From contig NW_013657679.1 in NCBI RefSeq assembly GCF_000142905.1, positions 634,114-698,113 on the forward strand: 64,000 bases of DNA, read 5' to 3'. The number at the start of each line of letters is the position of its first letter. The first letter of the stretch is position 1. The notes beneath the pieces were generated by a model. It ran no database searches and was not told the origin of the DNA. It worked only from the letters and a program-made list of their open reading frames with translations. Shown here piece after piece: positions 8,925-19,804 of this stretch. The stretch is from Thecamonas trahens ATCC 50062. Its lineage: Eukaryota > Protista > Apusomonadida. Position numbers and translations under genes: made by a program.

Positions 8925-11642
8925 TCATCGGCGGAAGCGGGCGTTCTTCTTCCGGTCGGCCTCTGCAGCCTCGGCCTCTTCTTTCTTGCGGCGCAGCGCC
9001 TTGGCAAGCGGAAGCTTTGCGAGCCACTTGCGCCACTTTGCGTCGTCTTCAGCAAAGAGCGGGTCGTGGGCGGTGAGCGGATGGATAAACTCTGCGACGG
9101 AGAGAGGCATGGAGGCGATGGAGCGGGCACGGATTGGGGTGAGGACGGCGTCGACGGCGGCGGACAGGGCACCGGCAAGGTAGCCGTCAGAGAGGCGGGC
9201 GAGGGTGGAGAGGTCAAAGGCGTCGGGGAGGAAAAGGCCCTTGGCCTCGATAAAGGTACGCCAGAGGAGGGCGCGCGTGGCGTAGTCGGGGCGAGGGATG
9301 TGGACGATGCGCGGAGTGACCTTTGTCAGCGACTTGAAGTCTGCGAGCCACGGCTGGGCCGAGGTGGCGACGACCATGACGCGGCCTTGCGGCTTGAGGC
9401 TCTTGACCTGCTTGAGCAGCTGCTTGCGAAGGCGGCGCGGCCCGGTGGGGCCGCGGTGCTCGGCCGGCAGCTTCTTAGGCGCGGTAAAGATGAGGTCGAT
9501 GTCTTCGATGAGGACAATTGACGGCGGCATAGCCTTGGCGACCTTGAACACCTTGTGGAGGAGCATGTTGACCTCCTTGCCCGGGTACTTGCCCTTGACG
9601 TTGCTCGGCGAAAGGTCAAACACGTTTGCGCCTGTGAGCCAGGCGATGCGCTGGGCAAGCATCGACTTGCCACAGCCGCGCGGGCCTGCGATGAGGATGC
9701 CCTTGTTGCCTGCGCCGCGGGCGGCTAGGGCGGCGGCGCCGAGCGGGACAATGGCGTACATGGTGACGGCGCGACGGACGTCGGCGTACGACGGGTCAGG
9801 CTCGATGCCTGCGTCGCGGAGGCTTGCAGCAAGATGGTTCGGCTCGCCGACAAAGTCGGTCAGCTCGCCTGGCACCGGCTTGGCCACAATGCCTGCGAGG
9901 ACGAGCTCGCCGTAGAGCTCCTCGGTGGAGAACTCTGCGGTGGGGTCCTTGGAGCGCTTGGAGCGCTTACCCTTTGTGGGCCCGGGCCCGCCGGCGTCGG
10001 GCTTGGGCGTCTTGGGCGCGGGGCCCGCGCCAGCCTGGCGAGGCGCGCCCTTCTTGGCGCCGCCCTTCTTCTTCTTCTTCTTCTTCTTACCGGTAAACTT
10101 GATCTTGATGCCCTCGAGCTCGACTCGCATGACCTCGTCAACCTGGACCCGCAGCTCGAGGGCGATGTCGGGGCGGGCGCGTGCGCGGATGATGTCGTCA
10201 TCGTGGCGCTGCTCAAAGTTGTCGGACTCGTCCTTGTTCTGCCACTCGCCGACATAGGTCAGGACCCGTGCCTGGATGTCTGTGAGATAGGCCGAGGGCG
10301 GGACCGGGATGTGGTCGTCGTCGTCGTCACCGCCACGGCGGTTGGCGCCAAAGGTCGTGCGCTTGCCACGGCCGGCGGCCGGGCCGTCGGCGTCGGCGGC
10401 GGCGGCGGCCGGTCCGGGCACGTTGGCCGGTGGCTCGAGGAAGATCTTTGCTGAGCCGCCGGCAGCCTCGGACGGATAGTCGGGCCACTTGCCGGTTTGG
10501 CGAAGGTGAGAGAGGAACCAGCGGCGGATCTGGCCCTCCATCTGCTCTTTGAGCAGCGGGCCCTCCTCCTCGTAGATGCGCTGCTTGACGTTGACGAGGG
10601 CGGCAAGGTACTCGGCTTCGTGGTCGGCCTGGACTGCTTTCTTGCGGGCGCGGGCAGCGGAGTCGGCAGCGGCCTGGCGCGCGTCCATCTCACGGCGATC
10701 CTCCCGCTGCATGCCAAGGAGCTGCAACTCCTCATTGCGGAGAATGCGGACTTCACGCCGGACTAGGTGGCCGCGGGCGACTCGGGTGATAAGGTTGGAC
10801 GCCGCCTCGACGTCGACGAAACCGTCGCCGCCGACCAGCGCGTTGTCGTCGCCGGCGCCGAGACCGTGGAGGTCTGACCGCAGCGCCTCGGCCGCATGCG
10901 CTTCAGCCATGCGGGTGGCGTGGACGCGCCATGCTCGCGCGCGCTCGATCCGGCGGATGAGCGCCGCCGCCGCCGCCGCCTTGACCTCGGCCGCCGCCGC
11001 CGCGTCCGACTCGGCCAGCACAGCCGCCGCCCCAGTGAGCGCAGGGCGAGAATCAGCGTCGGAATCGGCGTCGTTTGCGGACCGAGCCGCGGCAGCAGCC
11101 TCGGCGGCCTCGCGCTCGGCGTCGGCAGCCTCCTTTTGGATCAGCAGAGCGTCAAGCAGCTCCTCGCGCTGGCGAAGAAGCGCGGTAAAGTCGTCGCGAA
11201 AGTAGCGCGGGATGGGAAGATCGAGAGAGGCCCATGTGAGCTTGTGATCATGGAGAACCGAATCAAGGCTCGGCGGGTCTCGCGCCTCAAACTCGACCAG
11301 CCACAGCCAGACCTCGAGCAGCCTGCCGAGCACCGCGTCGAGCACGACCTTGACTTGACGGCGCTTTTGCGGATGGACCATGCCATCGTAGACATCCTCC
11401 AAGAGAGAAGCAATCTTGGTGTAGTTGACAAAGGCCAGGGCGTGATAGTCAAAGACCTCGCCAGGTGGTCCCTTTTTCCCAGCGCCCAGCTTTGCCGCCG
11501 CTGCCCGACTCCGTGCCGACGGTGCCTTGCTCGCCTGGGCTGGCCCACTCTCGCTGCCTCCGTCTGGTAGCTCCACTTGCAGCTGGTGCAGAAGCAGAGT
11601 CATGGCCTCTCGCCATGTCTCGTTGAGCACCACAGACGTCAT
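8925..11642 (-). CDS. IQCA1: IQ and AAA domain-containing protein (dynein regulatory complex DRC11)
   Basis: YDGMVHPQKRRQVKVVLDAVLGRLLE, IPRYF, IQ-like ITRVARGHLVR, EQIRRWF-like segment with GKWPDYP, Walker A GPRGCGKS, LLHKVFKVAK; start MTSVVLNETW at 11642. Confidence 0.9.
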   Translation of the reverse strand: MTSVVLNETWREAMTLLLHQLQVELPDGGSESGPAQASKAPSARSRAAAAKLGAGKKGPPGEVFDYHALAFVNYTKIASLLEDVYDGMVHPQKRRQVKVVLDAVLGRLLEVWLWLVEFEARDPPSLDSVLHDHKLTWASLDLPIPRYFRDDFTALLRQREELLDALLIQKEAADAEREAAEAAAAARSANDADSDADSRPALTGAAAVLAESDAAAAAEVKAAAAAALIRRIERARAWRVHATRMAEAHAAEALRSDLHGLGAGDDNALVGGDGFVDVEAASNLITRVARGHLVRREVRILRNEELQLLGMQREDRREMDARQAAADSAARARKKAVQADHEAEYLAALVNVKQRIYEEEGPLLKEQMEGQIRRWFLSHLRQTGKWPDYPSEAAGGSAKIFLEPPANVPGPAAAAADADGPAAGRGKRTTFGANRRGGDDDDDHIPVPPSAYLTDIQARVLTYVGEWQNKDESDNFEQRHDDDIIRARARPDIALELRVQVDEVMRVELEGIKIKFTGKKKKKKKKGGAKKGAPRQAGAGPAPKTPKPDAGGPGPTKGKRSKRSKDPTAEFSTEELYGELVLAGIVAKPVPGELTDFVGEPNHLAASLRDAGIEPDPSYADVRRAVTMYAIVPLGAAALAARGAGNKGILIAGPRGCGKSMLAQRIAWLTGANVFDLSPSNVKGKYPGKEVNMLLHKVFKVAKAMPPSIVLIEDIDLIFTAPKKLPAEHRGPTGPRRLRKQLLKQVKSLKPQGRVMVVATSAQPWLADFKSLTKVTPRIVHIPRPDYATRALLWRTFIEAKGLFLPDAFDLSTLARLSDGYLAGALSAAVDAVLTPIRARSIASMPLSVAEFIHPLTAHDPLFAEDDAKWRKWLAKLPLAKALRRKKEEAEAAEADRKKNARFRR

Positions 11643-11659
11643 GAGTGCGTGTAGGTGCG

Positions 11660-11691
<32 letters not shown>

Positions 11692-12233
11692 GGGGGAGAG
11701 GACCGTTGGCTGTGGTCGAGGTCGAGCGAGCGGGCTTTGGGGAAAGTTGAATTGATGGAAGTAAGGGGGGGAGAGAGAGAGTGAGGCAAGGACGTGAATG
11801 GGGTGTATGGATGGGGCGGAGGGGGATCATCTCCATCGGAGTGTGTGTGGATGGGTGGTGGATGGGTGGATTGGGGAGGGGGAGCGATCAGGTTGTGTGT
11901 GCGGTCGGGTGTGTGGCTTTTTTCGTTGATCTTGTACCTTTGTTAAAGTCGAGAAAGCAGATGCGAAAGATCGCTCGTGGACACTTGGTATTGGAGCTAT
12001 TGCGCATACACTCCGTACGACATGCCCATATCTTCCACCTCGTAGCACCCGGGATGGACTTTATCAAGAAGTTCTTCGCTCTCAAGGAGATGATTTCCCT
12101 TGCTGCGACTCGGCGATAATCGCAGTCGGCGACGAGTCAAACGAATGCCGATTGTGAATTGGCTCGGCGAGCGGGTGGCCAGCGCTCGCGTGGCCCCTGT
12201 CCAACACCCGACTGCAAAGGTTGCACTGACCGC

Positions 12234-14897
12234 ATGTCCTATCCCGGTGCTGGCTACCAGACGCGTACGTGTGACATGAGTGGGGTACTTTGCATGTCCC
12301 CCCCCGGGGGGGGGGGGGGGGCTCTTCCCCTCCCACCCCCATTGCGCTTGGAAGAGAAGACTCGGACCACCTTTGGTCGCATGTGCGTAGCGAACGAGGC
12401 TTTTTGGCCAGCGTTCCGTCACGCGGAAGGGCAGAGGCAAGCGCCACCACCGTGCTCAGCATGGGTAGAGGCCAAATGGAGTCGCGTGGGATGTTGTAGC
12501 TAGGCGTAGGCAGGTCGGTGATGCCTGTGTTGGCCCTATGCGGCTGAGAGTGCGACCTTTTCCCGGGTTGACGGCCTTTTCCTGGCGAGTGGTGATCGAT
12601 CAGCGCGTCGGCGTTGCACACGCACGATGATGAGCAGAAGGAGACCAGAGGAGGGCAGGACAGAGGCCGTGGGCCATGAATTTGGCCACGACAGCGGTGC
12701 ATGGGGTGCATGTAGTCCGGGCAGGGAGGCCTTGTCACGGGGGACGGTGATATGGAGAAGCCTGGCGCAACTCACCTCGAGGCGGCGGACGACAGCCCTC
12801 CCGGCTGGGTGGGAGCAGAGGTCGACTCCTGACGGCAAGATTTACTACGCCAACACGGTGAGCAAGACGACATCATGGGAGCGGCCCACGGCTCCGGCGA
12901 CGGGCGCGGCGAACCCGTACGCGCCTCCGGCGGGCGCGGCGAACCCGTACGCGCCTCCGGCGCCTGCGGCCAACCCGTACGGTGGGGCGCCTGCCGGAGG
13001 CAACCCGTACGGTGGGGCGCCTGCCGGAGGCAACCCATACGGTGGGGCGCCTGCCGGAGGCAACCCATACGGTGGGGCGCCTGCTGGGGGCAACCCATAC
13101 GGTGGGGCTGCACCTGCACCTGCGCCTGCGCCTGCGCCTGCGCCGGGCGGACTCCCTGCTGGGTGGGAGGAGCGTCGGACGGCGGATGGCAAGGTGTACT
13201 ACGCCAACTCGATCACCAAGTCCACACAGTGGACGCGCCCGACAGGACCGCCTGCAGCGGCGCCTGCAGCGGCGGCTCCGGCTAACCCGTACGCCCCCCC
13301 TGCGGCCGTGCCCGCGGCCGCGCCTGTGGCGGTGGCGACGCCGGCCGGGCCGGGTGCGCTTCCGGCCGGATGGGAGGAGCGGCGGACGGCTGATGGCAAG
13401 GTGTATTACGCCAACTCGATCACCAAGTCGACGCAGTGGGAGCGGCCTGTGGGCGCGCCGGCGGGCGGCAGCCACGTGCCGATGCCGTCGCCGTCGCCGT
13501 CGCCTGCGGCGGTGCCTGTGGCGGTGGCGACACCGGCCGGGCCGGGTGCGCTTCCGGCCGGGTGGGAGGAGCGGCGGACGGCTGATGGCAAGGTGTATTA
13601 CGCCAACTCGATCACCAAGTCGACGCAGTGGGAGCGGCCGACAGGCATGCCGGCGGCTTCGCCGGTCCCAGCAGGCGGGATGCAGGGCGGTGCGCGGCCG
13701 ATGCCGCCGTTTGTGGAGCCGCCGCGCGAGTCGTGCTGTGCGCCGCTCAACTCGTCGGTAGACTGGCTCAAGGGTGCGCACACCGGGTTCAGCTGCAACG
13801 GGTGCGGAGTCTCGCCGATTCTCGGCTACCGCTACCGGTGCCGTCAGTGCCCGGGCGGGTACGACCTGTGCCATTCGTGCAAGGAGGCTAACTTTGACCA
13901 CCACAACCCGGGTCACCAGTGGCGGACCGAGAAGCTCAAGGGCGTGTCGAGCAAGTGGAAGGGCATCCACTCGGCCAACTGCGACGAGTGCGGGCACGCG
14001 CTCAAGCCGTCGGCCATGCGCTTCAAATGCGCCGACTGCCCCGACTTTGACCTCTGCCACGAGTGCCTGCACCGGACCTCTCATCCGCCGACGCACGACT
14101 TTTACCGAGTCACGGTCAAGAACAACTACCGCGAGAAGATCATCCGTCCTGCTGTGGCTCAGGCGCCTGCAGTGGCGGCGCCCGTGGCGGCCCCGAGCGG
14201 CGGCCGCCAGCTGCTGCGACCGTGGGAGGAGCGCCGGGACGCCACTGGCCGGGTCTACTACGCCAATCCACAGACCAAGCTGACGTCGTGGGACCACCCG
14301 GGTTTCGAGCCCGAGGTTGCGCCTGCGCCGGCACCTGCGTCGGCACCTGGCACCGGCGGCCTGCCACCATATCCCGGCGCTGGCGGACCGCCGTCGTCAT
14401 CGGCACTCGGCTATGGCCCGCCGCCGTCTGGCGGGCTCCCGGCGTATGGCGGACCGCCTGCGGGCGGGGCGCCGCCGTCTGGCGGGCTTCCGGCGTATGG
14501 TGGACCGCCCGCGGGCGGAGCGCCGCCGTCTGGCGGGCTTCCGGCGTATGGTGGACCGCCGGCAGCCGGCGGGCTCCCCGCATACGGCGGGGCGCCTGCG
14601 GCTAGCGGGCCGGCGGCGATGTCGTCGGGCGACTTTGAGTCGCTGCTGTCGTCGATTGCGTCCGAGTCGTTCTCAGACGGCAAGCTCGCCAAGCTCGACA
14701 TGATGCTTACGCACGCGTGGTTCTCGTGCGCCCAGGCTGGGCGTGTTGTCGACGCCATGTCGTTCGACTCGGACAAGATCGAGGCGGCTGTCAAGATCCA
14801 CCCGCGGCTGGTGGACCCGACCCACTTTTACCAGGTCCTCGACCATCTGCAGTTTTCGTCGTCCAAGGACGAGGCCCGGTCGCGGCTGGGCCTGTGA
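12234..14897 (+). CDS. WW x5 + ZZ zinc finger x2 + DUF4476 protein; exons 12234-12264 and 12796-14897
   Basis: Exon 1 MSYPGAGYQT, then phase-1 intron GTACGT(12265)..CTCAC..CAG(12795) joining to PLPAGWEQR. Five LPxGWE..G++YY.N...T.W..P domains, two CxxC..CxxC..DLCxxC..H..H fingers, and a C-terminal MSSGDFESLL...SFSDGKL...FSCAQA...FDSDK...VDP...FSSSKD (DUF4476 pattern). Confidence 0.85.
12905..13110 (+). repeat. Coding tandem repeats (ANPYAPPA x2, 30-bp GNPYGGAPAG x~5)
   Basis: Directly visible AACCC[GA]TACGGTGGGGCGCCTGCCGGAGGC units. Confidence 0.9.
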
Positions 14898-15196
14898 GCT
14901 CTGTCGAGCGTGTTGAAGGCAAACAGCATGAGGTTGTGGTGGAGTTTATCGCGTGAGGCGTCTGCCTGCTCGCGTCGTGAATGTTCGCACGGCCAAGATG
15001 GGCAAGTGGATGAGCAAGGGGAGGACAGCTCGCCACACACGTGCGGGCATGAAAGGCGCAGCGAGGCCTACTAGAGCTCAGATGCCTTGTAAAGGCCACA
15101 ACGCCAGAGCAAGCGAGCGAGCGTGCATCAGCTGGCCAGCACCATCGCATGAGCTTTCGTCACCGATGGACCAATGGCGAGCATGAAAGAGAGTGA

Positions 15197-15655
15197 TCAA
15201 TGAACAAGAGCCTTGCCCTGAGTAGGAAGGAGGCCGAAGCGCTTCTTGAGGGTGATGCGGTGGCGGGAGTACTGGTCGTCGGGCGAGAACCGAGCCGGGT
15301 GGGCCGAGAGAGTGTTCTTGCCAGACGGATCCTTCTTCTGCAACATCGTCCATGTTCTGTGAGTCATTGCCTCTCCTGTAACAATGTCCGTCCCACCTAC
15401 CTCCACCGAGGTGGGGACGGGGGAGGGGGGGGGGGGGGGGGGAGAGGGGGCGAGCGAGTGCCAGTCGGGACATCTTTCATCCCTTGCCCACAGCCGGACC
15501 TGGAACTTCCGGGCATCCATGGACATGCTACCGAGGGGGGAGAGAGTTCATAGCTGGTACAAGCATGTGAGAGAACTAGGGGGACAATGTAGGGTTCGTA
15601 CCTTGAGGGTGTACACGCGCTTGCCGGCGTCGTCGAGGTAGAAGCGGAGGTACAT
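15197..15655 (-). CDS. NOP10: H/ACA snoRNP subunit NOP10 (64 aa); exons 15655-15602 and 15337-15197
   Basis: [18 protein letters not shown]|[40 protein letters not shown]; phase-0 intron GTACGA..CAG. Confidence 0.97.
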
Positions 15656-15852
15656 TGGGCTGCGGCTGTGGGTCGAGTGTCGGTCGGTCTCGCGAAAAGG
15701 GGGGTGAGGGTGGACAGTGGCCATGGCTTGGTTCACCTTATCGTGATAGCATTCAATGATGGCGTTGCCGGTTTGGACACGGCTGAGCTAAGCGGGAAGG
15801 CCTTGCACCCATCCCAGGAGGGGTGTGCCCACGGACGACGACGCCCAGCAGC

Positions 15853-17039
15853 TCATGTCGGCTGCAGTGACGAGTTGAACTGGGTTGATGATGTGTCGGC
15901 GAGAAGATCCTCAAGAGCGCGTGCATCCTCGCCCGTCAGGGGGTCGGGGAGCACCTCGCGCGGCAAAGGCGTAGGCTCGGCCGTCGGCGGATTGCGGACT
16001 GGCGTGGAGGTGGTGGTGGCGCCGGTGGCAGGGGCGGCAGGCGGGGCGGTGGTTGCGGGCGGCTCGGCCGGTTGCTCGGCAAACTCGGTGTAGCCGGGCG
16101 GCGAGCTCTTCTCGGCCGATGACGACGCAGACGACGAGTTGTGCTGCTCGGGAATGTTGTGTAGCGGCGGAGTGGGATGAACGACGACTTCTTCGGGCGG
16201 AGGGATGCCTGCAGAGGCAGCGTCAGAGGCACCCGAGTAGTAGCCGGGCGCGTGCGGGTTAACGGTGGGCCTGCCGGGCCGGGGCGGGCGGGCGAGCGGG
16301 CGCCGATGATGTTTGGAGTGGGTGGAGTGACAAAGACGCCGTTGACGAGCGGATGGGTCGGGCGAGCCGGGGCGACGGCGGCACGCGAGTGTCTCGAGCC
16401 GCCGCGCGGCGAGTGTGGCAGCGTGCCGCGCAGTGCGTTCCAGGTGTCGATGCGTGTGCGGAGCTCGTCGCCAAAGGCGACCGGGTGGACCGGAGCGAGG
16501 TAGACGTTGCGGAGTTTGACGGCGCCATACCACGAGCGCATCGGCACGCCAACGAGGATGACCATGGGCGCGGTGACGTCGGCGTAGTGGGCACGATCGC
16601 TCAGCGCGCACCCGCTAGGGCAGCACACACCGCCACCGCCCTGGATGACGTCTTCAATGTCATCGTAGTAGATGCGAATGTACGACGCCGAGCCGCCAAA
16701 GATGCGGAGCCAGTTGTAGATGAGGAGGCCCGAGTTGCCGAGACGGTAGCCTTTGGGAATGCGGTACGCCTTGTACAGCGACCACAAGACAACGAGGACC
16801 CAGACCAGCCACAAAACAGCAAGCATCGGCGAGCCTAAGGGAGGCACGTCGCGAATCGAAGCCGATAAGAGAACAAAAGGAGCAATGGCGGAGAAGGCAA
16901 TGCCACACCAGACCGGAAATACCGGAATGCATCCACGGATGGCGCCATGAACCGTCGGTGCTCGGCCTCCGCCCGTGGGGAAGACCCTCAGCGGCGAGCT
17001 TGGCGCTGACGGCGGGTCTGGAGCCCTATGTGCGAGCAT
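15853..17039 (-). CDS. Two-TM membrane protein with a bacterial-type PH-like domain and Pro-rich tail; apparent -1 frameshift near 16270-16300; start uncertain
   Basis: Two hydrophobic helices, then YRLGNSGLLI...IRIYYDDIEDV...VYLAPVHPVAFGDEL. Coding-like sequence continues in the -1 frame (NPHAPGYYSGASDAASAGIPPPEE...LQPT*). Confidence 0.55.
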
Positions 17040-17440
17040 CACCAGCGATGATCAGGAGATGGACCAGAGGCGGGCCAGTGCGGCGATCGGCGAGCTGGTA
17101 ACGGGGACAGACTAGACCAGTTCGAGGAGAAGCCGTTGAGGAGCAGGCGACAGCGAGCACACAGGACAGGAGGCGGGACCAGCGGCGAGGAGGCGGGATC
17201 AAGACCACGATATGTTTTCTCGTGCAGTGACTGATCAGTCTTGTCTACAGTGATGACGTCGTGGTGGTAGTAAGCCAGGCGAGAGAGTCGAACGGCTGAC
17301 CAGTGTGCGCTTCACCACACGCGTGCGGGACAGCGGGGGAGAGTGGTGGGCAAGACAGTTGCAGCACCGATAGTGATCCAGAAGGTGGCAGGAGATGAAC
17401 GACGGAGAGTGTTAGCCTGTAGTGGAGAGATGGAGGGGGG

Positions 17441-17792
17441 NNNNNNNNNNNNNNNNNNNNNNNNNNNNNNNNNNNNNNNNNNNNNNNNNNNNNNNNNNNN
17501 NNNNNNNNNNNNNNNNNNNNNNNNNNNNNNNNNNNNNNNNNNNNNNNNNNNNNNNNNNNNNNNNNNNNNNNNNNNNNNNNNNNNNNNNNNNNNNNNNNNN
17601 NNNNNNNNNNNNNNNNNNNNNNNNNNNNNNNNNNNNNNNNNNNNNNNNNNNNNNNNNNNNNNNNNNNNNNNNNNNNNNNNNNNNNNNNNNNNNNNNNNNN
17701 NNNNNNNNNNNNNNNNNNNNNNNNNNNNNNNNNNNNNNNNNNNNNNNNNNNNNNNNNNNNNNNNNNNNNNNNNNNNNNNNNNNNNNNNNNNN
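17441..17792. other. Assembly gap
   Basis: N run flanked by G/C tracts. Confidence 1.
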
Positions 17793-17899
17793 TAAAACCC
17801 CCCTGACCTCCCCCCGATCCCACCCCTCACCCCTCCTCACCCCTCACCCCCCCCCTCTTCGTCCCCACACTCAACTCACCAGGCAAAGACCACAACAAG

Positions 17900-19765
17900 A
17901 TGCTGCAGGGAGTGAAGAACATTGTGCGGAGTGGATGGGTGGCGACAGCGGTATCAGCAGCCTTCTCTACCGGCGTGAGAATGAGCACACCGTATGCTAC
18001 CGATTTGGACTTGTCCACGAGCACGGCGCGCAAGTCGCTGAGGAAGCGCGCTGCGGAGGAACGGATCAAGCGGCAGCCGTATGCCATCCACAAGGCAGGG
18101 CCGATGGTGCTCTTTGATCCGCTGACCAACAAGGGAACCGGCTTTCCCTTTGCTGAGCGCGAGCGTCTCAACATCCGTGGTCTCGTCCCGCCGGCCTACT
18201 TTCCGCCCGAGGCCCAGATGGAGCGCATTCTCCGCTCGTACCACGCCATCGATCCTGCCAATGCCATTGAAAAGTACAACTTCCTCTCGGCGCTGCAGGA
18301 TCGCAACGAGGTGCTTTTCTATCGCATTCTCTCTGAAAACATCACAGAGATGGCGCCGATTGTGTACACGCCAACGGTCGGCGAGGCGTGCACCCAGTTC
18401 AACTCGATCTTCCGCCGGCCGCGTGGCATGTTCTTCTCGGCCAAGGACCGGTACGAGATGTCGGCCATGGTGTACAACTGGCCGCACTCGGTCGATGTCA
18501 TTGTGGTCACTGACGGCTCGCGCATTCTCGGCCTCGGTGACCTCGGCGTCGGTGGCATGGGCATTCCCATCGGCAAGCTTGCCCTCTACGTCGCCGCCGG
18601 TGGCATCCACCCGGCCCGCACCATGCCGGCCATTCTCGACGTTGGCACCAACAACGAGGCCCTCCTTGCCGACCCGCTCTACCTCGGCCTCCGCCAGCCG
18701 CGGCTGACCGGCGAGGACTACGACTCGCTCATGGACGAGCTCATGACCGCGCTCAAGTTCCGCTTCCCAGAAGCGCTCATCCAGTTTGAGGACTTTTCGA
18801 ATGAGAACGCGGCCCGCATCCTCTCCAAGTACCGCGACACCCACCTGTGCTTCAACGACGACATCCAGGGGACCGGGGCTGTCGCGCTTGCCGGCGTCCT
18901 CTCGGCCATCCGTAAGCAGGGCTACGCCCCGCACCACCTGCCCAATCTCCGCATCGCCGTCCTCGGCGCTGGCTCGGCTGGCCTCGGCGTTGTCCAGTCG
19001 CTCATCAACGGCATGATTGAAGAGGGCGCCACGCCGGAGCAAGCCCACTCGGCCTTTTACCTCGTGGACGTCGACGGCCTCCTCGGCGCCGAGCGCAAGA
19101 AGCTCTCGCCGCTGCAGAAGCCGCTGGCGCGGACCGACCTGCCCGACGGCATGCCCATGCTCGACGTTGTCCGCAAGGTCAAGCCCGACGTCCTGCTCGG
19201 CCTCTCGGGCGTCTCGGGCGGTTTCACCGAGGAGATTGTCAAGGCCATGGCCAACTCGGTCCAGCACCCGATCATTTTCCCGATGAGCAATCCGTCGTCG
19301 AACACCGAGTGCACACCGGCTCAGGCCATCGAGTGGACCGACGGGCGCGCCCTTGTCGCCACGGGCTCGCCGTTTGAGGTGACCACGTACAAGGGCAAGC
19401 GGTTTGCCACCTCGCAGTGCAACAACTACGTGGCCTTCCCGGGCCTCGGCTTTGGCGCCATCGCCGCCAAGGCGTCCAAGGTCACCGACGGCATGCTCTA
19501 CGCCACCGCCCGCGCCATCGCAGACTGTGTCACCGACGCCGACCTCGAGGCCGGCAAGCTCTTCCCCGACCCGGACGAGCTCCGTGAGACGTCGGCGCTC
19601 GTCGCCACTGCCGTCATCAAGCAGGCGCTTGCCGAGGGCATTGCCCAGCGCCCGGGCCTCGAGGGCCTCTCGGACGGCGACATCCACTCGCTCGTCCTGT
19701 CCAAGATGTGGGAGCCTGCGTACGTGACCCTTGTCGAGGACGCGCGTGCCGCCAAGCACCGGTAG
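17900..19765 (+). CDS. Malic enzyme, probably mitochondrial NAD-dependent
   Basis: PIVYTPTVGEAC, VVTDGSRILGLGDLG, LDVGTNN, IQFEDF, FNDDIQGTG, GAGSAG, IFPMSNP, VATGSPF; basic/hydroxylated N-terminal presequence-like region. Confidence 0.97.
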   Translation: MLQGVKNIVRSGWVATAVSAAFSTGVRMSTPYATDLDLSTSTARKSLRKRAAEERIKRQPYAIHKAGPMVLFDPLTNKGTGFPFAERERLNIRGLVPPAYFPPEAQMERILRSYHAIDPANAIEKYNFLSALQDRNEVLFYRILSENITEMAPIVYTPTVGEACTQFNSIFRRPRGMFFSAKDRYEMSAMVYNWPHSVDVIVVTDGSRILGLGDLGVGGMGIPIGKLALYVAAGGIHPARTMPAILDVGTNNEALLADPLYLGLRQPRLTGEDYDSLMDELMTALKFRFPEALIQFEDFSNENAARILSKYRDTHLCFNDDIQGTGAVALAGVLSAIRKQGYAPHHLPNLRIAVLGAGSAGLGVVQSLINGMIEEGATPEQAHSAFYLVDVDGLLGAERKKLSPLQKPLARTDLPDGMPMLDVVRKVKPDVLLGLSGVSGGFTEEIVKAMANSVQHPIIFPMSNPSSNTECTPAQAIEWTDGRALVATGSPFEVTTYKGKRFATSQCNNYVAFPGLGFGAIAAKASKVTDGMLYATARAIADCVTDADLEAGKLFPDPDELRETSALVATAVIKQALAEGIAQRPGLEGLSDGDIHSLVLSKMWEPAYVTLVEDARAAKHR

Positions 19766-19804
19766 TAGAGTAAACTAGCCAAGATACCTAGCTCCTTTCT
19801 GTTG

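Noticed and set aside
17954-19759. Long antisense ORFs (601 aa opposite malic enzyme, and many others in the ORF track)
   Set aside because: Expected shadows of GC3-rich codon usage; no recognisable motifs.
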